A DNA stretch of 51,503 bases from Phoronis australis (lineage: Eukaryota > Animalia > Phoronida): the NCBI GenBank assembly GCA_002633005.1, contig NMRA01000229.1, forward strand, positions 395,044-446,546. Reading direction: 5' to 3'. The position numbers and the translations under genes were made by a program. The number at the start of each line of letters is the position of its first letter. Positions within the stretch are counted from its first letter, which is position 1. Under the pieces are notes generated by a model. That model had not been told where the DNA came from, did not search any database, and saw only the letters and a list, made by a program, of their open reading frames with translations. Below, piece after piece: positions 36,341-48,723 of this stretch.

Positions 36341-37359
36341 GTTGTCTGATAATTCAGAAGTGTTTTTCAAAAATTTCAGGTCATTTGCATGGAGTTTTTT
36401 GATTGGCGCTGTGCTACCTGCCAGATGGCAAAAGCTCGAATGAAAGATATGAAGTGAATAATAGAGGTGAGTATTAGAAATTGTTGAATTGTCGGCAATT
36501 GCGTTTTTAAACATTACACATATCATCTTTAGGTTGGCCTTATTTACTCACTAGTCAGAGATTGTTTCATATCTTTCAAGATATCCAATTTGTTTAAAAA
36601 TTAACATCGTAAAGAGTGTAAAGTCATAGCATAGACTTATCTGTGATGATGGTCTTGTGCAAAAGGCCGAATCGACGTATTTTGGTTAAGAAACAATAGA
36701 TGTTGCATTGCTCTAATTTAATTTTGATTCAATTGCAAAGTACCAGTGACAGGTTAATTATTCTGATTTGATATCTTAGCCATAATAAACATTTTAATCT
36801 TAGAAAATCAGAGCGTATGTCCATGACTCACTCAACTTACATCTAATTGGCTAACAAAAATATCTTAGAAGTTATCATCAAAATGCAATTCACCCATAAT
36901 TAATGTTGATGTATGCATTGACAGTGTAAATGAGACCTAACAATTGATGTCTTACGATTTATTTTCCTAGGATGAAAATATTTTTCACAAAGTTGATCAA
37001 AATATTCTCTGATTATAAACCCACTGTCCATCAAAATGGAATTGACTGAGTCACAGCTACTAGTATGTGACTTGGATCCAATTTGTTCCTTTTATATGCA
37101 ACGCTTTCTTTACCCAATGTTACTTCTTGCAGCCTTCTTGTCTCAATTTTCCCACTTGTAGCTCAGTGGAAACTGATTCTGCATTCTGGAACATAACACA
37201 TTTGACAGTTTGTCTATGAATTCTGCAAACATTGACCTTCATGATCTTAACTGGTTGTCTTTTATATTTTAGAACGTTAAGGTTTTATTTTGTGGTATTA
37301 TTTTAAGGATGAATCCTCATGTAGCAGACAAGCTTTCTTAGTTATAACATTATTTTGCT

Positions 37360-40300
37360 TTCTCATCAGATCACTGTCAAGCTTTAACAGAGTTTATCCA
37401 TGAAGACCATGGGCATTTCCAGTGTTGTGGTCTTACTCGAAGGGAAGTAAGCAGTAAGAATTTCGTTCTTGTGTGCCACCACATCGTTAATGTTGGAGTA
37501 TACTCAGTGGTACCAGGCGTCTTCCCTATGGAAGTCACAAAAAGATCTCTGCACACACATAGAGAAAGTTAACCAGTACGTAGTTCTATGGGCTTTACAA
37601 CCCATGTTTAGTGTTACAAATGGATTTTTTGTTCATCAACTTTTTGCTGTGAAGTTAGTCTTTGCCCTTACTAGAGTTTTAGAAAGGATAACTGGGACAG
37701 TAAATGCGAGTATCCCTGGTCTTTGAAATTGTAGCAAGACTTGTTGCAGATACAAAAGTTAAATCTGTGCTCTCTAGCAAACATGTATATTCGCTGGCTG
37801 TAACAAGTGAAATGCTCGAAAAATGACAGAAAAACTAAAATTTGGAACCACCCCTACTAACGCCTAGTTAAATTTTCTGGTCATTTTTAAGAGTACAAAT
37901 TCATTCGTAAATACGAGTGCAAGTATGCAAATATCAGTCAGGTTTTAAAAGGAACTGTTTCTCCTGTATGGTGGGCTGTGTTGTCATTTCATCTGAAAAG
38001 CAACATGTAGGGTCTCTAGTAATAACAAAGTTTCAGATATCCCAATCTTAGTAGTTTAAACTACTAAAAATTAAAATTCTGATATAGTTGTGGGGAAGAA
38101 GCAACAAATGAAGTGGTCTAATTTTTGTTTTTGTACCTTTAAGGCCAAAACCTTATGTGAACCTAATGGGGTTTTACCGTGCAATGCCTAAGATTGGCGG
38201 TGAAATCTATATATCGTATACGGAGAACAGTAGTGTGTTGTGACCAATCTGTTAAACGGAAAATGGTGAACGCTATAGGCATTAAGTTGAGGCTCTTACA
38301 AAACATTTACCATTTCAGCAATGTCATTACTACTGTGTAAAGTAAGCAAGTACTCGAAAACAAAGTTACACAGTTTTAATTGCTTGAGTTTCTATTTCAG
38401 ATTCATCAAGCAAAAAACATCTTGGATTCCATTCTTCATTGTGCTCTCTTAGGACTCATAAAGCCTTCTGCACGGATGCAATGTTTCCATTTTCGAGAAC
38501 CAGCCACCACTTCATATCCAGCATTTTTCGAGACACATACTAAAAACAGAGGATGGGCACAAAGTAGTCCGGTGTCTATAACAGAATTATTGAAATGTTG
38601 TCGGGTGTTTAATTCGTAAGTCTTGTTTATTGATGAGGTTTTGTCATATGGTGTGCCTAATGGTTTTGTAGTACCTTATCGACAGGTCTTTACAATCATT
38701 AAGTCAAATATTTACAAAACCGTAGTATTTTACTTGGTGTTGTATAACATAATGTTCAAGTTAAATCTCAAAAATGATGTTACTGTCTGCTGAATTATAG
38801 TTTCAGTTTTGTTTTATGCAATGTAAAAAATTTATGAAATTTATGCAACTCCTACTTTCTGGTAGCCCCTAGCGCAAATGTGGAATATTTAAAAAAAACA
38901 TTCCAAACGGCATGCTGGGGTTTACATGTAGTTTATAAAGCATATTTTCACGTGAATCCAATCAGCATCTTGTAAGATGTTCCAAAGATAGACATTTTGA
39001 TGGGGTCCTAAATAACCGAAATGCTTTATGATTATTACGTAAAAGCTTCAGTAACATAACCTCTGACAATTATGTCTTACAGTGCTTGAATTTGGTGAAC
39101 TTCATATCGTGTGTGGTCGCCTGGGAAAATCCCAAGTCACCCCGAAGTCACAACTGCGAGTATCAAAGTCAGACAATAATTCCCTCAAAATTTGTTTCAA
39201 AGTTTAATTTGACTGCCAAATTTTAAGTTACAAACAGCTGTCTTAGATTTGATACCTTCGTTTACAATTGTTTCGTTTATTTCATGAAATCAGTGCATTT
39301 GCCACCACAGCAGTTAGCACTTGTCAAACTTGCATTACAATTACATTAGGAAGTAAACAGGTGGAAGCTGGCAATAATCATGCAAGATTAGTTAAACTAG
39401 CGCACACATTGTATATGATCACCTACATTCTGGATATGCGATGTAAGTTCCCAAGAACGGAGCATGGCATAACCTTTTTTAGCCAACCATTCTGATGACA
39501 AACATCAGTTTTGGACGTCAGATTTCCATAATTGGCGACCTGGGATTTTCAGCAAGTAGCCAAATGCGACTTGGCTTCAAGCTAAGTGTTGAGCATCGTC
39601 CTACAACGCCGGAAGTATTCCAAGATAGGTTAAGCGTGATCATTTTTGCAAACCTAAAAATCTCATGGTTCTTTTATTAGAATATTTTGAAAGTGATGAG
39701 CAGCAGGGGACGATCCTGCAATTGAAATTATTATTACTATTACCTTGTTCATGACATGAGCTGAATGTTACTCTGGTATTAGCAGATCAACAATTATGTA
39801 TTTTTCAACACATACTTGCTCCTAGTTAGGAAATATCAAGTCGTTGCGATGGGCCTTTGACATCTTTTCTCTGTGATATAATATGCATTGTGGTCGAGCT
39901 GGTAGTTGGATAAAAGGTGACTTTGGAAAATGTAGCTAATGAATCTGTTTTACCATTAGCATAACCAGGTATGACATTAAGTTTAAATCAGAAACTTCAG
40001 ATTAGAGCAAACCAAGTTTGTACTGGCTGAAATAATCGCTTAAAAGCACGCAATGCATTATTCTTAAAAAACATTCATTTTGGTTTGTGTTTTTAGAGTA
40101 TGTCTCAGTACTGAATGCTATGAACTTTCACAGTTTTGACGCGTCTTTACACTGCCTTGTGGCTGAATAAAATTCAGTGATTGGTCATTGAGACTAACTT
40201 AATTTAATGTAGTTAGAAACGTGTTTTGATTTGACTTGACATTTCCTAATGAACACTATATAGGACTTTAATTATACCATGTATGACGTGTCATTCTCTA

Positions 40301-41620
40301 CTATGTAGATGATAATGAGAGAAGATTTATCGCAATTAGTTTTGGCTTACCATTTTTTTGAAATTTTATTGCCATACAGAGGTTACACCGAAAGTAAAGG
40401 TTAACAGATTGCTAATATTGTACCCTGGAAAAGTAACAACTTCTTGCATGCATATTGATTCTTCACATTCTCGTTTTTTTCCATCTAGTGTCTTGCTTGG
40501 TCTGTACATTTTGTCTGTATGCGTGGCAATCTGTAATACCTGTAGAATGAGCTCTAGATTTAGTGATGGGGAAACAAGTAAGAATATCAAACTAATCATG
40601 ATGCTGTTTTACATTTGAATCTAGCTTTAACAACATGATTGTACTTCAGCGTCATCACCTACTTCACTTAAACTGTATGGCAAAGTGTTACAAAGACTTG
40701 TATGATCTTGATTTGTTGTGTATACTGAACGTTACTCATATGTCTTAGGATTCAATACCTTTTTTGCTTTCGCCTGTTTGAGACTTGATGATACTCTGTT
40801 ACTTTTAAACCCACTAAGCTTATCTTAGAACTGTTTTCCGGTGCACATCTTCAGTTCTGACTGTAAAATTACTGTGGTTGTCTGAAAGAGAGGAATATAC
40901 GTTTCAGTAACAGTTTAGTTTTTTCACCGAAATGGTAAATTTGGTGTTTTGCGTAGTAGGCCTATTAGGTTATGACTAACTGTCAGGCAAAGTAAAAAAA
41001 TATATCCTATAGCATACAAATTTGATCCATGTGTAACCTCTTTTGGGTTCTGACAGCCAGGGTAGCTTGAGTTGGAAACAGGGATATCTTTAATTAAGTC
41101 TTGGACTGGGACTCTTATTCAAACCTGTACGGCTGCCATCATGGGGCCACTAGGAACACAAATCGGCACAAAATTATCGATACTTATAAGACCAAATATA
41201 CACCAGCATTGTAAGAAACCCCAATATAACAAAATAGTGTGTACAGTTATTGGTACCAATTAAACAAAATCAAAGTACACCAAAATTAATAGACACACAA
41301 AGTTGGGCATTATAACTTTCTGAATCTGATCTGGAGAGAAAGTGAATACTGATTTTGAATACTGAGCTAAGTGGATAGTATTATTAACTACAAAGGTCTA
41401 GTTTTGACGAAATCTTTGATTGAGTTTTAACACTGCCAAAGAATAATTGCATGTATTCCAACTCACCTTCACGGAGTTCATATAGGCCGAATTTCCAAGT
41501 GCTCTTTGACAGCCGTGTAGTTGACTGACATCTCCACTTCAAAATCTTTTACAGGGTTTGGTGCTGCCTCGTAATTTTCTACAAAGTCATGAAAATTACA
41601 CCATATTTCACCCAGACTTT
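37360..41620 (-). pseudogene. Old multi-exon MULE/MuDR transposase relic (CaRF-like group)
   Basis: Colinear fragments on the - strand: ~41470-41620 (FVENYEAA...FEVEMSVNY, weak); ~40400-40480 (KKRECEESICMQEVVTFPGYNI); ~38375-38560 (HPLFLVCVSKNAGYEVVAG / SVQKAL*VLREHNEEWNPRCFLLDESEIETQAI); ~37460-37550 (FCDFHREDAW, the MULE CxxH motif). No TIRs were found. Confidence 0.7.
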
Positions 41621-42284
41621 CTGTGGAGACACTCCGACAAATGCTCATATTTTCTTTGCTTGCCTGTGCGGTATGTGGGGAGCAGAGGGCCCCACTTTTC
41701 CAGACACTCAAAAAGTATGACAGTGTTTACAAAAAACATTCAGATCTTCCTCAATTATTTCTAAGTGGATGTAAATTGGAGCTCGACCTAAATGAAAATC
41801 CGGTTTTATTCGAAATACTTTCAAAATTCCTTTTTAATATTATTAAAATTTGTGTGAGTCCGTGTGAGTAAACTCTCTGTGTGAGTAGATAAATTGTATA
41901 CATGTGAAATTATTTATTGTGAATGAAAATGATTTATTTATAATCATTACCATATCAGTGTAATCTTAACATTTTATTCATGTATTTGTGTATATTTTTT
42001 ATATTTTTATTATGCTTTTGGCACTTTCTGTGACAATTTCATCAACATTAAAGAACTCTTTTTCTGCAGTTTCATCTCCACAATCCATAGCTCAAATAAA
42101 TCTTAACGTCTAGCTGATCGAATATTTGGGTAGCCGCGCACTTTTGTCTTTCGTATCTTCTTTATAGAAGAGTGTCTGGGAATCCCTGCACTCCAAAAGT
42201 AGAATCATGATTTTCGACAACAGATGTCCTTGCTGCATACCTGGATTGGCTCGTTGACATTGTCCCGCTCCCAACAAGACCTGC

Positions 42285-42645
42285 TCCACCTGGTGGACAA
42301 ACAATCACAGGAAAATACTGCTACTAAGATGTAGTGAGTTGGTTGACATCCAGCATCCAATAGCTGCCCCACCTGGTGATAAAATCTTAAAGCTATCTAA
42401 AGGGACAAACAGGTAGTTAGTTGTTTGACATCCAACATCCAATTGCCGCTCTAACTGGTGGACATACGATCACAGGTAAATACACCCACTAAGATGTAGT
42501 TAGTTAGTTGACTTGCAACATATAATAGCTGCACCACCTGGTGGTAAAACCGTAAAACTATCCAAAGGGACACATAGCTGGTTAGTTCTTTGGTTGACAC
42601 CCAACATCTAATAGCTGCTCCACCTGATGGACAAACGATCACAGG
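42285..42645 (+). repeat. ~165-bp tandem repeat built from two ~82-bp subunits (~2 copies)
   Basis: ACTAAGATGTAG at ~42323 and ~42488. Each subunit has GTTGACA..CA.CAT..AAT.GC.GC..CACCTGGTGG. Confidence 0.85.
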
Positions 42646-42809
42646 CAGGTACAGCTAAACAGTAAAATATGTTCAAAAAGAAAAAGACAAAGAAAAAGAA
42701 AATCACATGAAGTAATTTTGAAAATAATTTGCATTTAAAATGGAAAAATAATGAAAGTAACTCGTGTTCAAAAACAAAAGTAGGATATAAAACGATTTTA
42801 AAATTTTTT

Positions 42810-43903
42810 GATAGTGAAACAGTTCTTTCAATTTACTTGGTGTTATCATCAATGAAAACTTAATGGAGTCCACACATAAACAATTTGTTGAGAAAGATAA
42901 GCAGATTCTCTGGCGTTCTTAATAACCTAAAACATTTCTTGCCCTTTGAAACTTTGAAAACTGTATATTATGGTCTTGTCCTTCCCCGTTTTAATTATGG
43001 CATTCTGCTATGGGGATGTGAACATAATAGAATATTCAAATTACAGAAAAAAGTTATTCGCAATATTACCTCTAGTTATTTTAATGCCCATACAGATCCT
43101 TTATTTAAGACAACACAAATTCTCAAAATTAAGGACTGTTGTTGCTATTATTAAATTTGTCTACAAATATGTTCATAATTACTTACCTTCCTTTTTCAAC
43201 ACGTTCAATTTAATTACCCGTGGGTCTGTTCATGAGTACAACATTAGCGTAGAAAATATATATCTGAAACTAAATAAGGCGATCCAGATCCTCCCAAGGA
43301 TACTATTCTTTCAAGAAATGAAGAATATAAATCGGTAAATAAAACAACAAGAATGGATCAACTGAAATTTGAAATTTTCGGATGTAACAACTTCCTTTAT
43401 CAACAAAAACAGAAATAACAGGCTTTATTTCTGTTTTTGTTTATAAAGGAAGTTGTTACATCCGAAAATTTCAAATTTCAGTTGATCCATTCTTGTTGTT
43501 TTATTTACCGATTTATATATAACATTAGAAAACGTCATCTTCTACAAACTCCCCGTTGTACCAAATCATTTGCTGAAGATTCAGTTCGCAATGCCCTACC
43601 TCATGTAATTAATAACCTTCCTGAAAGTGTCTCCCAAAAACTGTTTGACCATTCGTTATCCTCTGTTATATATTATTTATAAAATATTTGTTTTGAAAGT
43701 TATGAACTTGAGTTTTAAATTACATAATCACTTAATTTTTGTAATTCTGATTATCTGTAACACTGTATTATTTTTTATTCTCTAGTGGTTCCGTTGTCAG
43801 CGGACCTTTTTGGTCCTTCACGGAGTCTCCATAAGCGTAAATCTGTATCAAGTGTATTTTTGTCTTAACGTGAATAAATTGTATTACTACTACTACTACT
43901 ACT
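42810..43903 (+). mobile_element. 5'-truncated LINE (CR1/L2-group) 3' end
   Basis: FNLLGVIINENL/WSPHINNLLRKISR..YYGLVLPRFNYGILLWG..LQKKVIRNI..AHTDPLFK..HEYNIR. It ends with AATAAA followed by a (TAC)n tail at ~43884-43903. Confidence 0.88.
43248..43520. mobile_element. Foldback insertion inside the LINE with an 8-bp TSD
   Basis: AACATTAG at 43240-43247 and 43521-43528. Hairpin 43325-43518 has 94-bp arms, one mismatch and a 6-nt loop. Confidence 0.85.
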
Positions 43904-44729
43904 ATAACCAAAAGCAAATCAGTATTAAAGACAAAACTCATTTGCTGTTTGTATCCACTTTCAAATGATTTTAAAATGAAAATCAGTACCTAGCTGCCAC
44001 ATATCTCCACTGATAGCTCATATGGAGAATTTCTTGCTTACACTAGTCACCACTAAGATTCCCTTAGCCCCAGACAACCTTTATGATAGCAATTCAGCTC
44101 GGCCTACGCATCGATTTAGATATGAGTTAGAGTGGAAAGGAAATTGCTTGCACTACTGTCACGATAATGATGGTTGCCATTACCCCCAAATTGGTATTTT
44201 CAGGTATTTACACGGAGCTATAGTCTGCAACTGTGGAGTGTAATTTTAACTTGGCACATTTAAATATTACAAAATGAGTAAAACGGTTAATTTGTGTTTA
44301 ACTTGACCAAGGGCCACTTCCCAAAGGAACGATGGATTTAAATGTTATTTCATTTTTAATACTCCTGTCTGCTTGGTTTTTCTGTCTTACCGGGAACGGG
44401 TAGATAACTTTTTTATTTTATTTTTAATCTTGAAGTACCAAACCAGTGGTAGATTTTGATTTGTAGCGATACTTTATTAATTTTAGTTCATTTTAAACCC
44501 ATCCCTGAACTTTCCAGATTACAGCTATACTAAACATTTCACAGCGAACAAAAGTACGCGTCAATAGTTTAGTCTTTATTTGAACTTATGTCATAAAATA
44601 TAGACTGAAGTGCAAACAGGGTGATAACCAAATTGAAGATTTGGAATCTGTGGACAATCTCGGTTGCACTGACTACATAACTATTCTACCTTTTTGTCAG
44701 TCATAAACATAAAGGTGACAGGTTGATAT

Positions 44730-45030
44730 ATACACAAAACGTACCGAGAGTGGCGTACATGAAGTAATATCCCACGAGACATTACTCCGCGTATCGACCG
44801 AGACCGAATGTATCTGTCTCATGCGCTTCGAATTCCTAAGTTTCTTACATTTTTCGGCAGATTTTTTAAATACTTCACCCAGACTGTTCACATGGCGGAT
44901 CACATCCTATATGCATGTACTTGCGCGTTACGTTGCAAGTTTTCTCTTGAAAAAGAAACAGTTTTAAAAGGAACGATTTGTTTCTTGAAAAGAGGTAGCA
45001 AAATGAAAACAACGGCAACTGAGCATTGAA
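44730..45030 (-). pseudogene. Possible decayed Myb/SANT-like (trihelix) domain of Harbinger accessory-protein type
   Basis: Across frames: SVAVVFILLPLFK..F..SRENL / CEQ..KYLKNL.KNVR / GLGR..YYFMYATLG. The match is weak and heavily mutated. Confidence 0.35.
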
Positions 45031-47095
45031 CTTGTAACATCTCCTGGAAATAATTAAAAAACAACAATTTTTGATCTTTTAATTTCCTAGGAATCGGCGC
45101 CTGAGTTGCAGACGATATAGTATTCAGCAATTGAAAACTGAGAGAAAGTGTCTAATAATTAACAGTTTTGTTCCAGATTTTACGTTTAAGGGCTGGTTGC
45201 ATGTCGAGTGTTAGTTACACTGCTGCAACGGTATTACTTGAAACTATATTCGGAAAGTTTGATGATCGAACCGGCTGAAGACGTCGAGTCGACATTGACC
45301 TAACTTTCGAACTTTCCATGTCAGAAGTTGCTGATGAAGTAGTGCGGGAGGTGAATACGGAAACTTTATTACATGGCCGTGTTTCCCTCGACAGATTCAA
45401 CGCGTGTGGGATAAACTTGAAATAATTTTAAAAACTTTTTTTTGTTTGAAAGTCAACTGTTCTTCAAGGTTTGACTATGTGTCACAGTATGATTCACATT
45501 TTTCTAAGTTCCATACCTGATTTGTGCTCCTAATTCCTGTTTACAACATGTTGGGAGTTGAGCATTTTCTTAACGTCAGAGGCCGAAGCTCATACATCTA
45601 AGTTAGCATGCTTAATGTTGGAATTTAAAAAGTATGCGAGCCAAATATTTAATAGTCACCTCATGAGAAAGTCAGGCAGATGCAGGAACATAACCTTATT
45701 TTTACCCTTAGGTGAAATGGTCAACATCTAAAATGATTTTCTTTTAACTATCTAACTTCTTCCCAGAAAACTGCCCCCTCGAAATTTTTGGCTAGTTTAA
45801 GGCTTCGGAAACCATCAAATTTTAGCATTTTTGTTGCATCACTGTGCAACAACGACAAATTAAAAGAAACTAAGAATGACATATTGAATAAACCCAACTT
45901 GTGTCTACGTGAAAATGTAAAAGTCATAATTGAAACTTATTCGCAAGTTAGCTATTTTTGTTGCTTTTCAACGTGTGTGTTCTGCATGCTGTGTTTGAAA
46001 CCACTCACTTTGCTGATATCGGTCGTCCTGTTCGCCTTTACTATCACACTTCCATTAACAAACCAACAAAGTTCTAAAGATTTATGAAAAACAAAAACAA
46101 TGTCAACAAGATCATTAAGATTTTTCAAAGCTCGAGATCTGAATAACATTAAAATTCCTGAGGCGGGTGCTCAGAACTCTACAACTAAAGCTGAAATTAC
46201 GGCCTCAAAACGATGACTATTGTCGGTCCTGTACTGTCTGCTTGACGTCTAGTAACATTAAGTGGTTCCGAAAAATTGGAACTTATATTAACACGAGGCA
46301 ATCCAAAAATCATAATTGATTGAATGGTTATTACTAATTATACTTTTTAAGTACAGAAGACCCACGAGGAGCACTAATCCTATAAAAGTGAAAATCTTCT
46401 GGGTAGTAATTTTTCTGCTGCTCATCAGATGGCGCACCGGTTTACCGAGTCGTAAAATGAACCTTCTGCTAATCAATTGGACTCAAATGAAACGCAGTGC
46501 CAAGTCAATATTTTAGGGCGGGTCCAAGCGTGAAACTTAGAGAAATCCTACATTTTGACTAACTTTTCAATCCACGGAAAACGTATACTGCTATTTCTAT
46601 AGGAGTGTTTTCGCTAACCTCTACTCAGTAGTTCTTCAAGCAATGTTTCAGCCAGTTGTGTTTACAATCATCACCGGGACTTCCATTTTAGTGATGATGA
46701 TTGCAAAGTAAAAGACTGAAACGTAGATTCGATGAAGCGTTGTAGGTCAGGTGAGAATGGACCAGAAGATGTGTAAACCACTAGCAGATCCAGATCGAGT
46801 TTCAAAAAGGGTAATTGCAGTGGTGCTACATGTATGAATTTGAAATACAGACAGACAACGAAAATGTCAAATTATTTTACGTAAGGCATCGTAGAAGTAA
46901 TAAGTGTTTTATTATCTAATAGTCATAGAAACTCTGACTTGCAACACACAGAAAACACGTCAGTGCAATATTTTTACACATGAAATTTGCACAACGCAGC
47001 CTTTGGTCGTGGTTGTCATCGAGCTACGGATAGGACACTTTAGTTTCCCACCTGTAAATCGATTATAGTGGATATGTGTGTCATACAAGTAACAC

Positions 47096-47316
47096 TAGTG
47101 GCAGATCTACGTTTTCTGTAAGGGGGGGTTTAGGATTCGAGCGAATTCGAGGCTCGTAGTGCCGAGCGGAAGGAGGGGGTCTCCCCCTCCCGTGTAAGAT
47201 TTTTGTAGTTTTTAGTAGCCGATTTCGTTTTTCTGGCGATTGTTTTTCAATTTTTATTTATGATTCTCTCCCGAGGAGGGTTTAAGCCCCCTGAACCCCC
47301 TGTAGATCCGCCTCTG
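47096..47316. mobile_element. MITE with GGC(A/G)GATCTAC termini and an apparent 5-bp TSD
   Basis: TAGTGGCAGATCTAC / GTAGATCCGCCTCTG, with AACAC on both sides (47091-47095, 47317-47321). Confidence 0.7.
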
Positions 47317-48608
47317 AACACATACATCAAATTTCACCCACATTCATCAACAGAACTTTGTAAATATTACGGCGCCGATATCAAACAAACTGCCACTCCG
47401 GGAGCCTCAGTGACTGCACCCATCAGAAAACCTGTCAGTCGTGACCATCTCAATAGGAACACATGAGCACAATTTCCGAACTTTCCTCTAAGCAATTTAA
47501 AGGACAGAAAGGCTGCAGATAGAAACAATAATCTCCAGTGGCACATAATACTTTAAATGCAGCCGGAAATAGCAGTTTGTTCTCCATTCTTCAACAGAAA
47601 CAACTTTACCATATTGCACGAAAATACAGCAAGAAACTTGGTGGACATAGAGGCATACATAAAGAAAACATAAATTGCCATTAAGCAGTGCTGTAGTGGG
47701 GCGGTAGGCGCAGGTCGGCGCAACCAACTACCTTTTCGCATTTGAACATAGTGCCTACTCATCATAAGTTACGTTTAGTGCTCAAGGTGATAGGGTGGGC
47801 TTTGTGCACTTACTTACCTTTAATTTTACCACTACAGCACTCCCATTAACGGGTACAATAGGAGACCGTCCAATCAACAATCAGTGTTAGTCGTGCTCAT
47901 CTCAATGTATTACATAGGTACGCCAGGAAGTAGAAAAGTGTGACTGTCTCCATAACTGAAACTTATTTGCGAAATTTCTTGAAAATCGCTCAAGGAACTC
48001 GCTAGATGTAGAGACTAACACGAAGAAGTAAAGTTGCCACTAGGGGCACAGTGGTAGTCAAGTACATCCCAAAACTCTCATGTGTCATCCCATTTGTAAA
48101 ATTTCACATTCACCAAGGATTTGAAAATGCCAGACAAAAAGACGGGGATGACAACATAATGGGCGTACACATGCATGCTTGCATGCATGCAGTCATACAG
48201 AACAAGGCAAAAGTAATCAGACAATATAAATCTTTGCCCTGCTTGATGGCTGGTCCTGTTAATACAAAATGACTGGTAATAACTATTACGACGGCTAATT
48301 ACAGAATGTTTTAGTTCCCATAATAACTTTCCTGTTTCCCTTCATTTTTAGTCACAAAAGAAGACCACTTTGACCACGCATTCTACTTTTGCCCCAGCAG
48401 TCATGGCAAGGAATTCTGGGTTATTTTGTCTGAATACGCTTGGCTTGTACTGTTCATTAATGTTAACAACTAACCTGGAAACAACTGTTAAATGGACACT
48501 CATGGCGTGAGAAGTAATTTCACAGAAAATATCATGGAATCAATCTCACTTGAAATATTACTTCATAGCAATAGGCACACCATATGATGAACAGCAAAAA
48601 TCCAGAAA

Positions 48609-48723
48609 CATGGGTGGCGCACCATAGGGGGCTGGGGGGCTATAGCCCCACGTTTTTCAATGCTACGCCGCCCATAGTCTATAGGTGGTGCACCACAGGG
48701 GGTTCAGTGCTGCGCCACCCATG
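48609..48723. mobile_element. Tiny TIR element, apparently a tandem pair
   Basis: Perfect 13-bp outer TIR CATGGGTGGCGCA / TGCGCCACCCATG, with inner decayed ends TACGCCGCCCATA and TATAGGTGGTGCA. Confidence 0.7.
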
